From: Geosiphon pyriformis uo1
Taxonomy: Eukaryota; Fungi; Glomeromycota
Direction: 5' to 3'
DNA: 64,000 bases
NCBI GenBank assembly: GCA_016748015.1
Contig: JAAOMT010000599.1
Span: 186,001-250,000, forward strand
The notes under the pieces are model-generated. The model was not told where the DNA came from, made no database searches, and was given only the letters and a program-made list of their open reading frames with translations. The translations under genes and the position numbers were made by a program. Below are positions 22,745-36,852 of this stretch, in pieces (the first letter of the stretch is position 1; each line of letters starts with the position of its first letter).

Positions 22745-23728
22745 TGTTACCAGAGGTTTTTGGTCTCTTTTCTTAAATGTTGTTAATGTTGATTTGTTGT
22801 GAATTCACGTTTCCAGGAAGTAGTTGGACCTCCAGTAACTGAATTTATCTTTAAATTATCTCTTATAATTTGAACTTGTTGGGCTTATGAGTGGAATGGC
22901 CAATTCCATGCCAGTTGCTTTATGTAGTTATATTGTAGTAAACATCAACTTTTTCCCAAGAATTGCTTGTCTGGAAGCTCACTAAAAATGTGTAGTTACT
23001 TTGCTGTGAAAGTCAATTCTTCTACAGGAATCTTGTCTGTAGGCTACCCTAATAATTGTAATAAGAAAAGAAAAGAAAAATAAAAAAAATGTAAAAGAAA
23101 TAGGATTTTATCAAGGGAAACGTTTTTCTATCCAGGCCTGAAGTCACTAACAGTTTACTGAAATTGGTAGCTAATCAATTTCAAAATGTTAGTTGGGTTT
23201 TGGGGATTTTTCAAGTGCAATAATTAAAGAATTTGGTTTTTCGAATTTATTTTGATATTTATTTTTTTTTGTGTACGTAGGAATAGTTTTTAAATGATAA
23301 ATCTAAAGTAAGATACATTTTCTCGAAGAGAGATGCTCTTCTTTTATACAACTTGTCGTAACACTATTTTATGAACTTGAACTTTGCTATTTTCTACAAT
23401 TTCGCTGAACTAAAGATACATTTTGGTGAATTACAAGTTATTTCTGTGAACTATTAGATATTTTGGTAAACTATCAATTATTTCGGCAAATTTCTACAAA
23501 TTTCGGTGAACTTTTGAATGTTACATAATTTGGGGTATTGCATGATTGATTATCACAATTAGGTTACATTTGTGTTGTGTACAATTTGGGTTATTAATTA
23601 AATGATAATTTCGGATATTTTTGCTAATATAATAAGTGATAATTTGAAACGATAATATATGCTAATTAATGATAGAAATTATATGATAATTTTATGCTAA
23701 ATAATATCTCTAATTTTGTCTGGTAACA
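22745..23728 (-). repeat. 5' LTR of the Gypsy element (984 bp)
   Basis: Terminal inverted repeat TGTTACCAGA...TCTGGTAACA. Minus-strand TATAAAA at ~23342-23348 and AATAAA at ~23258-23263, plus a 20-bp-period repeat array. Confidence 0.95.
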
Positions 23729-26007
23729 CCAGAGCATCCAGCTAATGGTCTGCAACTCCATGACTCTGTACTTAAATAATTTACTAAGGATTCTATCAGC
23801 ATTAGCAAACTTAACCAGGCCAGCCAGCAGATTCTCAGCCAGTACTTGCTCAAAAGTTTTTAAACCATATAATTCCAGATGGTACAAAGCTTTATTCAGA
23901 AAATTTTTGGATAGATTGACTTTGAACTTTAAACTCATCCTCAACATTTTGTTTCATTTCTCACATACACTTTTTGAAACACAGCTGAACTGCAGTCTAT
24001 AACTAACTATGGGCTGCAGTACAGCAGAAACCAAATACAGAAACTGCTTTTTAGTAATGGTCTTTCTTAAAACAACATTTGAAAAAAACCTAATATTTGA
24101 ATAAGCTTTGACCAGACTTGGCCTAAACAGGCCATTCATAGAAAAAAAAATTCCTAAGTATCAGTGGAACTCATCTTTTTTTGCAATAGAAATTTCAGAA
24201 TCACTAATAGACAATAAAGCACTTCTGGCCCCTTGATTAATGGAAATGACAACCATTTTGTCTGTGTTAATAGCAATGTTATTGATTAAAAAGAATTCAC
24301 TTGCAATATCCAAAATGCATTGTGTAACCGCCAGGCAGTTACCAACCTAAATAGTATTATCCACAAAGGCACCAGCTGCAAAAAAAAAAGTCTTGTTACC
24401 CTTAGGGTTAGCTCTACCAGTCCTAGTGAAAAATTTTGAATTCAACTTATATCTACACAATTGCTCATGTTTTCTGACCTCACAAAGCAGAGAATCATAG
24501 AAGATCCTTTACAGCAATGGCAAAAAAACTTTCCCTTGATCCAACCTATTATGAACAGTATATCCATCAGTGAATCCAAAGTCCATCATTACTCTGTTGG
24601 TCCAACCATTGTGTATGCTACCAAAGAATTCAATAAAACAGAGGCACATCTTGATCTTAGCTAAACTGTTTCTCAAATGAAGCCATCCAACTGAGTTGTA
24701 AGCTTTTCACATATCTTGAAGTACCAGCCACAGCTTTCTGTTCTTTTCAAATGCATCCTCAATAATAAAACCAATAGTAAAAATCAGAGTTTGAGTAGAT
24801 GTACCCTTTAAAACTAAGAAATTATTATCATAAAAAACATTACAATTACTGTATGTCAGAGATATCCTGTTAAAGAAAATCTTAAACAGTATCTTTCTGG
24901 CCATCTTAACTAAAGCTATAGGTCTGGTATTGATAAGTGTTCTCTCCTAGTCATATGGCTTTGGTATCATAGAAATCCAGGCTTGTCTTCACTGTAGAGA
25001 TATCACACCCAACTCCAAACAACCATCAAAAATGTCTAACAAACTATCCAGAACCTGCACGTTTCCAAGTTTCCAAAGCTCATTAGGAATACCAGAAATG
25101 CCAACAGCTTTTCCATCAGACAGTTCATTGACCACCAAGAAAAACTCATCTGATCCAATCACACCCATGATATTTGAGAATGCATTATCACTAACATAGT
25201 CCAAGGGAGCATATTGATTATACCAATGAACAGGCATAAAGATGAAAACAACCCATTTTTTTGTTTATCCTTCCATGATACCATTAACAGCAGATAAAAC
25301 TTTCTTGAGTTCTAAAATCAACTCATCATCCACAATCAGATGATCTAGCACTACCTTCCTGAATGGTCATTCCAAAACACTTTTGATCATATGTTTTTTA
25401 TTAGAACTGAAGGTTTCCATGCATTTGTCTATTGCTTTTCTGATTAAAATATTTCTGGCCACCCTAGACTCATAGTATTTGGACTTTTTGTACAATTTTT
25501 TGACTTTTAATAGGTGTTGAAAAATGCTCTTCCTGCTTTCATTATTATCAAACATTATGCATGCTTTAGAGGCCCCTTTACTATTAAGAGTAGACCATAT
25601 CTTAAAAAGACAAGCAGCTTCTGATTTCTGATCTAGGCTTAAACATTTTATCAACTTGGCCACTAACAATTCCAGCTTAAAAAATTTTGAAGACAGCTTA
25701 TTTTTCTGACAATCAAACTCACTAAACCAGTGTCTAGAAAACACATTATCAGCTGAGCTTATAACTACTTCCTTAAGAATCCTTCACATAGTATCCAAAT
25801 TTTTAGTGTCTTTTGCAGCATTGAACTCATCTATATATTCCAGAAACTTGTCTAATAAATGTTCCCTAAAGTGTGTCCACTTACTAGTATCTGCATCTTT
25901 AATATTGAATTTCCACTTATCTCTATTGGCCTGCTTATGCTTATCATTGAGCTGGGCATCCAAGAGACCACCCAAATCAACTAAGACCAGAATAGCATTA
26001 TAATCAG
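23729..26007 (-). pseudogene. LINE-A ORF2 central part (reverse transcriptase)
   Basis: GKAVGISGIPNELWK, TRPIALV, WLVLQDM, AGAFVDNTI, YLGIF and LKFKVNL; collinear with 40.1-41.7 kb. Confidence 0.85.
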
Positions 26008-27003
26008 TGTTACCGGAGGTTTTTGGTCTCTTTTCTTAAATGTTGTCAATGCTTATTTGCTGTGAATTCACGTTTTCTAGATGTGGTTGAACCTCCAGTA
26101 ACTGAATTTATCTTCAAATTATCTCCTATAATTTGAACTTACTAAGCTTAGGAGTGGAATAGCCAATTCCATGCCAGTTACTTTGTATAGTTACGTTGTA
26201 GTAAATGTCAACTCTTTCCCAGGAATTGCTCATCTGGAAGCTCACTAAATTGTGTGTAGTTACTTTTGCTGTGAAAGTCAACTCTTCTACAGGAATCTCG
26301 TCTATAGGCTACTCTAATGATTATAATAATAAAAGAAAATAAAATAAAAGAAAAGGAAAGAAAATGAAGAAATAAAGAATTGATTTGTTAAAATTGTTTT
26401 GGATCCAGGCCTGGAAGTGTTTTAACAGTCTACTGAAATTGGTAGCTAATCAATTTCAAACTGTTAGTTGTGTTTTTGAGGATTTTCCAAGTGCAATAAT
26501 TTAAAGAATTTGGTTTTTCAAATTATTTGATATTTATTTCTTTTTGTGTGTGTAGGAATGATTTTAAGTGATAAATCTAAAGTAAAATACATTTCCTCGA
26601 AGAAAGAAGCTCTTCTTTTATACAACTTGTTGTAACACTATTCTATGAACTTGAACTTTGCTCTTTTCTACAATTTTGCTGAACTGAAGATACATTTCGG
26701 CAAACTACAGGTTATTTCTGTGAACTATTGGATATTTCGGTGAACTATTAATTATTTTGGCAAATTTCTACAAATTTCGGCGAACTTTTTGAATGTTACA
26801 TAGTTTGGGGTATTGCATGATTGATTATCGCAATTAGGTTACATTTGTGTTATGTACAAATTGGGTTATTAATTAAATGATAATTTCGGACATTTTGCTA
26901 ATATATTAAGTGATAATTTGAAACAATAATATATGTTAATTAATGATAGGAATTATAAAGATAATTTTATGCTAAATAATATCTCTAATTTCGTCTGGTA
27001 ACA
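26008..27003 (-). mobile_element. Solo LTR of the same Gypsy family
   Basis: TGTTACCGG...TCTGGTAACA, 996 bp, homologous along its length to 22745-23728. It has a perfect 4-bp TSD TCAG (26004-26007 and 27004-27007), and removing it restores the LINE frame FFNT-D-YNAIL. Confidence 0.95.
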
Positions 27004-27671
27004 TCAGTATTAAAAAAGTCAGAGACAGGAGCAACTTTATGACCAGCCAATGCGGAAGACAAATTCTTGCTTATGAAAATGTAGTCAATAACCTTCACAA
27101 AACCTTGGGAATTGCTCCAAGTAGAAGCTTTGATCAAAGAGTGTTTGCTAAAAGAATTAACTAAACCCAAATTTGAGCAAAACTTAAAACTTGCACTCTT
27201 CCTGGATCTATCCTCATTGAAATCACCACTTAAAACCACAAATGTGGAAGAATTAGCAGTTTTAGTAATAATAAAGTTGATTTTGTAAGCTTGGCCAAAT
27301 CTGGCTTTAGCAGAAGCACTTGCATATAAGCCCAAAATCACTACTAACAATTTGCTCTTGAAAAGAAGCCAAACAGAAATAAGACAACCAGGAATCTCTT
27401 CGATCTTAGAAACATAACATACAAGGGAATTGTTCATAATAATTACCATTCCAACATCAAGAAATCTTTTGTCCAGACCAGAAGAAAATATTCTCATCTC
27501 ATCAAATTTGTTCATAATTCAAGACCTAATATTAGACCTCAACTTCATTTCTGTAATAATAGAAACCATATTTCCAGAATCTACATGCCAACAAACAACA
27601 TCTTTTTGCTTGGCAGGAACATTAACACCACGAACATTGCATGTTGCAATTTTCCAAACCAGATCTATCAT
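27004..27671 (-). pseudogene. LINE-A ORF2 N-terminus (APE endonuclease)
   Basis: MIDLVWKIATCNVRGVN, ITE, LSGDFNED, TWSNS, VIDYIFIS. Confidence 0.85.
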
Positions 27672-29460
27672 TGAGAAAGATGAACAGCAGGAACCAAACT
27701 AGCATTGTCAATTTTGGTTAAGAGGCTCATAACCATGATTGAAAGATTGTTTAGAGTTTTTTCCATCTTAGAGATAACTGAAGAGCCAAGAACTGCTGTT
27801 CCTGCAATAGTTTCACCACTAGTGGTCACACCTGAGCCCTTACTTATCACTATATCCATCCCTTGATTCTGTAATGAAGGGGTCACCAACAGCTGACATC
27901 CAGGGCTAGACTGGGAAACTGTTGGCCCAAGTGAATCCAACCTCTTAGCCAACTTATCAACACATTCCGCGAGGCTGACAAGACTATGCTCAAGAGCAGC
28001 AAATCTATTATTCAATTTCATAGACACCATTGGGGTAGGTTTCATCTCTGAAGAGGAACCAAAAGAAGCTGAGCCATTGCATATAGGGAGAGGAGGAAAT
28101 AAAGACTCACCAACAATATTGGCCCAAGAGGCACCACCAAAAGAAACAGGACAGAAAATTGGGGCAGAGCGTCTAACATAAATAGAAGCCAGTCTGCTTT
28201 TATTATTATTCGACAATATCCTGCGAGTTGGTCTACCAGGAGAAGTCTTTCCACCCACAAAACAATTCAGAAATGTATGACCTAAATTCCCACACTTAAT
28301 ATACTTAGTAGAATCCATGTAGAACCAATGCAGGTTGGCACTCTTTAAGACAGAAGTAGTTCCCATGACAGCATCAATTGAGGCAGCAGAATCAAAACAA
28401 ACAACAGCACATCTGGCCCGAGTATATGTAACAGGGTGTCAATTAATAACACATGTTTTTCCACCCACAGAACCAATGAAATTCCAGATATCATGAGCAT
28501 TTGTGCCCATCAGCAATGTATATAATAAAGCCCTATATTGATCTTTTGTATTTCATGATTCCTTGTCTGCATTAGTCTTGGCCACTCTCACAGCATTTTT
28601 CCCGATCAAAATGGACCATCTAGCTGTAATCAAATCAGTCTGATCTGATTGGACAAATTTAACCACAGCCTTCTGTCATAGTTTTATCAATTGCATCTTG
28701 ATTGACACAACAGAACCAAATTCAGAAAGTACAGTCTGTACAGCCTCAGCTGATGTTCCAACAGAAATTTCTTTCACTACTACAGCCCAATCTGAATGAC
28801 CAGTTGATTTTTTGAGATTGGTGTTTACTAAAATGTCTGCTGCTTTTGTTTTTTCTGTTGCCTGTGCCAAACTAGCTTCGGAAGTAAAAAAAGCATGGAT
28901 GATCTCAGAAAATTTTAAGGGAGTAAAGACTTTCCCAAAACCATTGACCTTTGAAAATAATTTTCTGACCACTACCAGCTTTTTCTGAGAAGATTTTCCA
29001 GCCACCTTATCAAGTCTAATATCCATAGTAAAAGATTTTCGAACAGAAACAGTAACCAAATTTTTCAATGGAGGAGGAAGTTCCAAGAGAACATCTAAAA
29101 AAGCATCATCACCATTATCATGACCCGAAAAATCTATTTTCTCTAATGGTTTGCCCAACATTCTTTTAATATTGACATTTGGCCCTTTAAGTGTCTGATC
29201 ATAATCTCCATTAACAATGTTTTCATTCTTACTATAGTCAAAGCTAGTTTCTTTTACCAAACATTTTTCCTCTATATCAATGCTTTCAGATTCAGTGGTG
29301 TTACCAGTCTCAGAATTTCATGAATGACCATTTGGCACTATAGTTGACACATTTTCTTTACCAACACTTTCTTCTAAATTAATGCCTTTTCTCTTCTTCC
29401 TAGACAAAACAGGTTTGAAGCTTCCACTAGCACCAGACTCATTAGCAACCTTCTTTATGA
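27668..29460 (-). pseudogene. LINE-A ORF1 (RRM-like + CCHC zinc knuckle, gag-like)
   Basis: AVVVKEISVGTSAEAVQTVLSEFGSVVSIKMQL; (C>Y)IKCGNLGHTFLNC; coiled region; homologous to 36853-38736. Confidence 0.8.
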
Positions 29461-30199
29461 CGGCTATATTAGGGCCAACAGTGGCCTCGAAATCAAAAAA
29501 CAGTTTGGTTTTATTGTACTAAATAATAAAAAAAACTTTTTTTAAAAAAACTTTTGACTCTTTTTGGGAATTTGGAATGAACAAAAGAAAGAAGTTTTTT
29601 TTTTCTTTTAAATAAATAAATAAATATTTACTTATTAATAATAAATTATGCTTTATTTTTGTTTTTTTAATAATTAATATTAATATAAATATTAAAATTT
29701 AAATATTTATTTATTAAATATAAATTTGTTTTATATAGTTTTTTAAATTTAATTTTTAATAATTTATTAAAATTTAGACCAAAGATCTTTTGAAGCTGGA
29801 AATAACAATATTTAAGTCCAAAATTTATTATTAAAAGCTATAAAATACAAAATAGGTACATTTTTTTAACATATAAATATATTAATTAAAAACAATTATT
29901 ATTTAAAATAAACTTTTTATAAGCTTTTTTAGAAAAAAAAACTGAGTATTAAAAAATTTATATTTAAAAATAAAGTACTTAAAATATCTATATTTTTTAT
30001 AATACATTAAATTTAACTTAATTTACAAAAAATTTACACTATTAAATACTAAAATTGTGTAAAAAAATAACTTTAAAATTTTTTTAAAATCAAAATACAT
30101 TATAATACAGTAAACTTAAACTTTAATATTAAATAAACAATCAATAATACATATTTTTTATTGATTTGCTAACAAAATACCAAAATAATAAGTATTTAT

Positions 30200-33100
30200 A
30201 TTTATAAACAAAAAGACTATATTGTTTTTGGAAAAAGTTTTTTCTGTTTTTGTTTATTTCTTACTATTTAATTAGATATTTTAAAATTTTTTTTGTTTAA
30301 TTATAAAACTATTAATATTGGTAATAATTTAAATATAAAAAGTTCAAAAAAAAAATTGGTATTAGTTCTATAGTCTCAAATTTATTTGTTAAAAAAATAC
30401 AAAGATAGTGTTTTAAAAAAATTTGTTATTAGAATTAATACTAGTATTTCTTAGAAATTGTTTAAGTTTAATAAAATAACTAGTTTAAATGCTGCCAATA
30501 TTTTTAATATAAAAAACATAAATATAAATGAAAAGTTTCTTATAAAAGAAACCAGTTTTTAATTTAATAATAATAATGAATTAGAACACAAAGATATTGA
30601 TATGATTTTTAAAAAGCCAAAAAAAATTATTACTAAGTGTATTCTTAAAAAATCTCTTAGGCAAATTGATTTTAATATTAGCAATAACAATAAAAATAAT
30701 GTTTTAAATAACTTCTTTTTTTTTTTTTCTTTTTAAAATTATGAATAAATATTCTAATTTATAAGTTTTTTGTTCTAAATATCAATTTTTCAACAGTATC
30801 TAAAAAGTTGTCTTAAGAAAAATTAAAAGCTGTTAAAAAATTTTTTTTTAGTGTAAGTAATTTGAAAAAGTTTCAATTTTTTTAAAATTTGATTAAATAA
30901 TTTAAATGTTTTTTACTTCTAAAAAGACAATAATAGTAGTAGCAAATTTGGTAAATAATAGAAGTATTGTAGTATACACTAATCTTAATTATTTAATAAA
31001 CAACTAGACTAATTAAACAGTAATAAATAAAAAAATTTTTGTAAGAATATTATCAAAAACTGTATAAATTATACTTACTAATTTTGGTATTATTAAATTA
31101 ATTAAAATATAATTAGTAAAATTATAGTAAAAAATAATTATAAAATTGAATAATTAAAATTAGATTAATCTATTGACTTTTAAATAATTTATTTTTATCA
31201 GAAAAAATGCAATCTGTATAATAAAAATTAATATTAATAAACAATTATGAAATATCAAAAATAAGTTTAAAGGTTTGTTTTACATTTTGCTTATAAGAAT
31301 AAATACTCACAATTTTTGAAATTTTATTGGCTTAATTGATAAAAAAACTTGTATAATTAATTATAATTTTATTAATTATATTTATACTAAGTATAATATT
31401 ATATGTTTTAATTTAAAAAAAAGATTAATTAAAGAAATAGTTATTGTTTTTGTTATAAAAAATATTATGCTTTATTAATTTTGTTTATCTTTGACTATCT
31501 GTTTAAATTATAATAAATATAATCATATTTTTTTTAGTTGTAATTCAGTTAATAATAGACTAGTGTTTAAGAAGAAAAAAATTCTTTTTTTAGCTATAAA
31601 CCAATATAAGTTGACTCAAATTTATGTCAAAAAATCTGCTTTTGTTGTTTGTTTTATAGTTTTTAAAAACAAATCTTGAATATTTGTCATTATTAGACTT
31701 TTTTTAAGTGTTTTTTGGTATTTTTTTTGGTTTGGTTCTTTAAATAAAAATAAATTTTTTTTAATAATAATAAATAATATAAAAATATGATTTATTAATA
31801 TTGAATGTAATTTTACCAGTTTTATAAAACAAATCAGTAAGTTGGCTAAAAAATTAAACATATTTATGTCAATAATTTTTCAGTTTAGTTCTAAATATTA
31901 GCTACTGATAACTTTTTTATTACAGAATTAAGTAAATAATATAGTAATAAAAGAAAATTTAAATGTATTTATTAATAATAAAATTGCAATAAAACTGAAT
32001 TTTTTAGTTTTTTCAAATATAATTTAATTAAAAATTTAATTAATTAATTTATTCAGTTTGGTTATAAATTTGTTAGCAAGATTTAATAATTTGGTTCTAA
32101 TTTTAGCTGTATTTGTTTTCTTATTATTTTAATAATTAGTTTTATTTAGAAAATTTTTACATATAATATTAAAAATATAAATAGTTTTATTAAACAAGAT
32201 AATATTATTAAATAGTATAAAAAATTACAAAATAATATCTTAATTGTTACAAAAACAAAGTTATATTCTAATATTAAATCTTGGATTGCAAATAAATTTA
32301 AAAAAATTAGAGTTTTTGTTTTTGAATTAAATACTGGTTTTATAAATATTAGTATTATAATTATTATAAATAATTATTTGACTTAGTATGTTTTGAAAAT
32401 TACAGAAGTTTTTAGTATACTTTATTTGATTTGTTTATTGTTTAAAAACAGATAGTTAGTTTTAGTATTAAAACTATATGCAAATGTATTTTTTAAAAAA
32501 TATTTAAATTAGATGTTTATTATTAACTTTTTTATAGTTAAAATATTTAATAAAAGTATTTTTATTATTTTAAATAATAATTTTAATAAAAATAATATTA
32601 AATACAGCACAAACTTCAAAAAATATTTGAAGTTTAATTTGATCATTTCTTTGGTTAATAGTTTATTAGTTGAAATTTTTACTTAAAAAAACTTTAAAAA
32701 AATTAAAAAAACAATTAATTATATTTTAATATTGTTAAACTTAATTAATATTGTAAATAACAGAATAATGTTTAATATAAAAGACTTTTTTAATACTAAT
32801 TATCTTGTTATTTTTGTTTTTATTAGTTTAAATAGTATTTTAAATAAGCATTTATGTATTTTTTATAAACAAACTAACAAAAATCAATAGAAATTCAATT
32901 TTAAAAGAGCTAATATAGCTAAATATACTTAGTTTAAGAATATTATATTGGTAAATATTATTGTATTTAGTAAAAATTTTAATTATTTAAAAAAAATTTT
33001 AGATTTGAATTTTATGTAAAATATTATTTAAAAAGTGATTTGTTTTTTAGCCAATAAGATTTTTTTAAATCTTGAAGCAAAGATTTTGATAATATTTTTA

Positions 33101-36100
33101 TCAAAGTTTTATTTTATTTTTACAAATTAAAAGTTCTGATTTCTAAAATTGTTTAAATTTTATGTTTGAACTTGAATTATAAGTTGAATAATCTAGTTTT
33201 TTATTAGTTATTACTTGATAACTTACATATATGTTATGTTTAGAATTTTTTAGTATTAGTGCTAATTTTAATACTATTAAATCTAAGTTGGCTAAGATTA
33301 GAAAAATGTATTATATAGTTAAGCTTATTAAGTCTCAATAGATTAAAGTTGTAAAAATTTATGCTGTTATTAATAAAAAAAATAGAAAGTTTTAAAATCA
33401 ATAAAAATTACACTATTAAAAATGTCTTAAAGTATTTTTTTGTAAGATAGTTTTGAATTATTTAATAGAAAATAAAAAACTAATGCTGAAGTTTAAAAAA
33501 ATTAAGTTTAAAGTGAATTTAATTATAAAAAAATAGATAAAAAAACATAAAATATTGGAAATTTTTTTAGTAAGTATAATGTTTTCTGTAAAAACAATTT
33601 TTTAGTGTTAAAAAATATAATTACATAATTTCTAATCTTTGTAATTAGTTTAATAGTAGAAAATATTTAAAAAAAAACTATAAACTTTAGTTAATTTTAT
33701 AAAATATATGCAAAACATATGATTTAGTAGGTTAAATATACTTAAAAAACAGTCTGATTTAAATTAAAATATGTAACAAATTTGTTAAATTTTTTGGTAG
33801 TATTTACAATAATCAAATTAATTAGATTATAATTAATTTTAGCTTGATAAATAACAATTATATACATAATAAACTGAATTAAAATAAAGTATTTTTTTTT
33901 CTTTTTTGACATATTTTTTATAACTCTCTTTTATGTAAAATCAAAAAACAGAAAAGTATATATGAATATAAAATTTATTTTAAATTTGTAATTAAGATAA
34001 AGCATATTAAAAGTTAAGCAAATTTGACATTTTTTTTTGCTGTTAGTGTTTTTGTTAATAATACAATTTAAGTAAATAATAGTTATATAATTCAGTATAT
34101 TTTGAATATTACAAGTAAGTTTTTTTAGATTAATAATATTGTAAATAATAATAATAAGACAGTAATTATTTCAATTAATTATAGAATTGTAAATTTTTTT
34201 TTGTTAATTAGTAGTCTACTAATTTTAGTTGCTAAAAAAAAAAATTTTTGCAAATATCTGGGTATTTTTTTATTAACAAAAGTTTATTAAAGTTTAACTT
34301 AATAAAAACTTATTTAAATATTAAATTTTTTGCTAATAAAATATTAAAAAACCATTTCTAATAAGCAGTTTTTGTATTTTATTATTAGTTTTAAAACCAA
34401 GTTTAATTTTGTTTTTAGTAAAATATATAGTAAGTAATATATTCTAATTTGTAAAAACTTAAAATTAAAATTTGGTTTGTTTTTGAATTTTTTAAGTAAT
34501 ACAATCTATTATCTTTTTTTATATGGCTTAAAAACTTTCAAATTAATATAGATTAAATACAAGTTGGTTTTTGTGTTAAGTTTTTTTAATATTTGTAGTA
34601 TTTTAGACTGCCAAATTAACTATAAATCTTTTAATTTACAGATCTTAAGCTGGTTTTTTTTTTATTTTTTAAACTTTTTAATTTATTTTAAAATTAGTCT
34701 TATAAACAATTTTTTGGTTAATTTGATTCGAATTTTTTGTGGTTATAATTTATTACTAAATGGTTTTTTTTACTTAGGTTTTTAATTTTAAAGTAAATTC
34801 TAATATTATTAGTTTTGAGCAGTTTATGTTTTTTTAAAAGATCTTACTTACTTAAAAAATTTAAAATTGTTTTTATTAAACAATTACATAATAAAAAAAA
34901 TAGTATTTAAGACTAAAAAATTTTTAAATACTAAAAAAAATTGAATTTTCATGGCTCTATTCTTGATTGGTTTATATTAGCTATTTAGTTTTTAGATAAC
35001 TCAGCTTTCTATTATAATAAATTATCTTTAAATATTGGTTCTTAATTTCTAAGTATTTTTAATTTTTGTAAATTTAGTTTGGTTTATAAATAATTATTGG
35101 TGTTAATATAATCTGTTTTTCTGTTTTTACTGATAGTTTTTTAAGCAATTTGAGTATTACTAATACAAAAACTAATACTATGGTTTTTTTTAAAAAATTA
35201 CAATAATTAAACTACAAATTATTATATTAGTTTTAGAATATATTCTTTTTTTTTGTGTAATTAAGATATTTTTTAACAGTTAAACAGTTTTGAATATATA
35301 TTATTCATAATTGGCTTTAGTATTATTGGATTTTTATAATTATTGTTAAATTAAGTAACAACATATTGTAAATATTATTAAAAAAAAAATTTAAATATTA
35401 GTTAACATAAATTAAAAGATTATTTTAACATTTTAAGCAATAAAAAAACTAATATTTTAGTTAATACTATTTTATTTTTGGATATAATACTTTTTATATA
35501 TGTGCAAAAATAATTTATTAAAACTGGTAATAGTATTATTTTTAAAAATATAAAATGTTTTATCTGTAAAATTTTTTAAGTAATCTATTATATCTATTAA
35601 AAAGTTGGTTTTGGTGTTAAAATTTTAAATAGTAATCTGTTTGAAAACATGAACTAAATTTAATTATTATTGATATAACATTCTAATTTTTACATAATAA
35701 TTGAATTTACAAACAAAATTACAACTAAGATGTATTTTTATTTTATGAAAATATTGTATTATAGACTATTAATAAATAAATATTTATATAATAAATATTA
35801 CCATAGTATTTTGTGTTTATATTATAAAGAAGTTGAATTTTTGGACTATGTTTTTTTTTGTAGTATGAATATTAAAACTTGTAAAAAGCTGTTAATTAAT
35901 CATATAACTATCTAAAAAACTTTATCTGACTTATACAGATTTTTATTATGTATATTCTTATTATTATTTTTGTATTTGTTTAATATTGTTGTGTATTTTA
36001 TTTTATGTAAAAAATTTGTTTTTAGAAACTGGTTTTATAAGTTTTTATTAGTTTTTAAAAACACTAAAATTATTAATTATAAAATTATAAACTTTGTGTA

Positions 36101-36490
36101 TAATTTTAAACTGGCTTATAAAAACAATATTTGGCTTGTTTATTCTAAATACTGAGTTTTTATGAAAAAACAATTTGATTTTACAAAATAAAACTATATC
36201 TTTAATTATTACCAGTCTGTTATTTGTGCTGTTAAATAGTATAATTAAACTACTTAGAATTAATAAGATTTTTGGAATTAATTTTAGTATACACAAATTT
36301 TATTCATTTTTTTTGAATATTAAAGATATAGTTTCTATATATATAAATATGTATTATTGTTTTAATTGGCTTAAATAACTGATTATATATAGTAAACATA
36401 TAATTTATACTTAATTTAGATTACTTAATTTAATATATTATACTAAATAATATTTGGATCTTATTTATTAAACATAATAAAATAAAAAAA
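30200..36490 (+). mobile_element. LINE copy B: near full-length but hypermutated to almost pure A/T
   Basis: Collinear relics: 30530 (EKxLxxETSF), 30765 (KSFALDI), 32130 (ORF1/ORF2 junction + IATCN), 33690 (VLQDM), 34040 (AGAFVDD), 34250 (YLGIF), 35125 (FTDGS), and the 3' UTR at 36350-36490. Boundaries are approximate. Confidence 0.8.
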
Positions 36491-36852
36491 ATATTATTAT
36501 TAAAATTTAGTTTGTTAATTTTTTGTTTTTTATTATTTTAAAAATTATTAAATTTTTATAATATCTGTTATTATCTTTGTTTTTATTGTTATTATTTTAT
36601 ATAATATTTTTGATAAAAATTTTAAACTTTATTAATTAGTAATATATATTATATATTTTAAAAATTTCAAAATTATCAAGATTGTTTTTGTTTATTAGTT
36701 AATTTTAATAATAAAAAATAAGAAAAATAAATAAAAACTTCTTTCTTTCTTATCTCCGAAAAACCTCAATGAGTTATTTTCTGAAAGAAGAAGTTTTCTG
36801 TTTTTCTTGTTAATAATATATTAACATTTCTTTAACTAACAACTCTTTCATT

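Larger units (their letters stand above)
14020..23728 (-). mobile_element. Full-length Ty3/Gypsy LTR retrotransposon with dUTPase (decayed)
   Basis: Two LTRs at a constant offset of 8725 with TGTTACC..GGTAACA termini, a PBS, and domain order gag-PR-(Cys-rich)-dUTPase-RT-RH-IN (Gypsy order). It is inserted in LINE-A ORF2 with a decayed 4-bp TSD (TTGG/CCAG). Confidence 0.95.
12147..29605 (-). mobile_element. Non-LTR retrotransposon (LINE copy A; ORF1 + APE-RT-RNase H ORF2), decayed and interrupted by a Gypsy element and a solo LTR
   Basis: The minus strand shows an ORF1 RRM-like/CCHC region, APE start (LVWKIATCNVRG), RT motifs (WLVLQDM, AGAFVD[D>N]TI), RNase H (VYTDSS...GAAAYF...VELQAIALAL), a C-terminal CxxC..H..C, the conserved 3' UTR and an A-tail (T-run 12147-12155). 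The 5' end GAAAA..CTTCTTTC is shared with copy C. Candidate TSD TTTTAAATAA at 12137-12146 and 29606-29615 is low complexity. Confidence 0.9.

Noticed and set aside
22745-22909. Gag start inside the LTR (in-frame ATG at 22909, MELAIPLIS...)
   Set aside because: The two in-frame stops downstream are shared by all three LTR copies and the solo LTR has another, so they are probably ancestral rather than decay.
36558-36576. Resemblance to U2 snRNA (GTAGTATCTGTTCTTATC) suggesting U2-targeted insertion
   Set aside because: Short match in low-complexity DNA; flanks do not follow U2.
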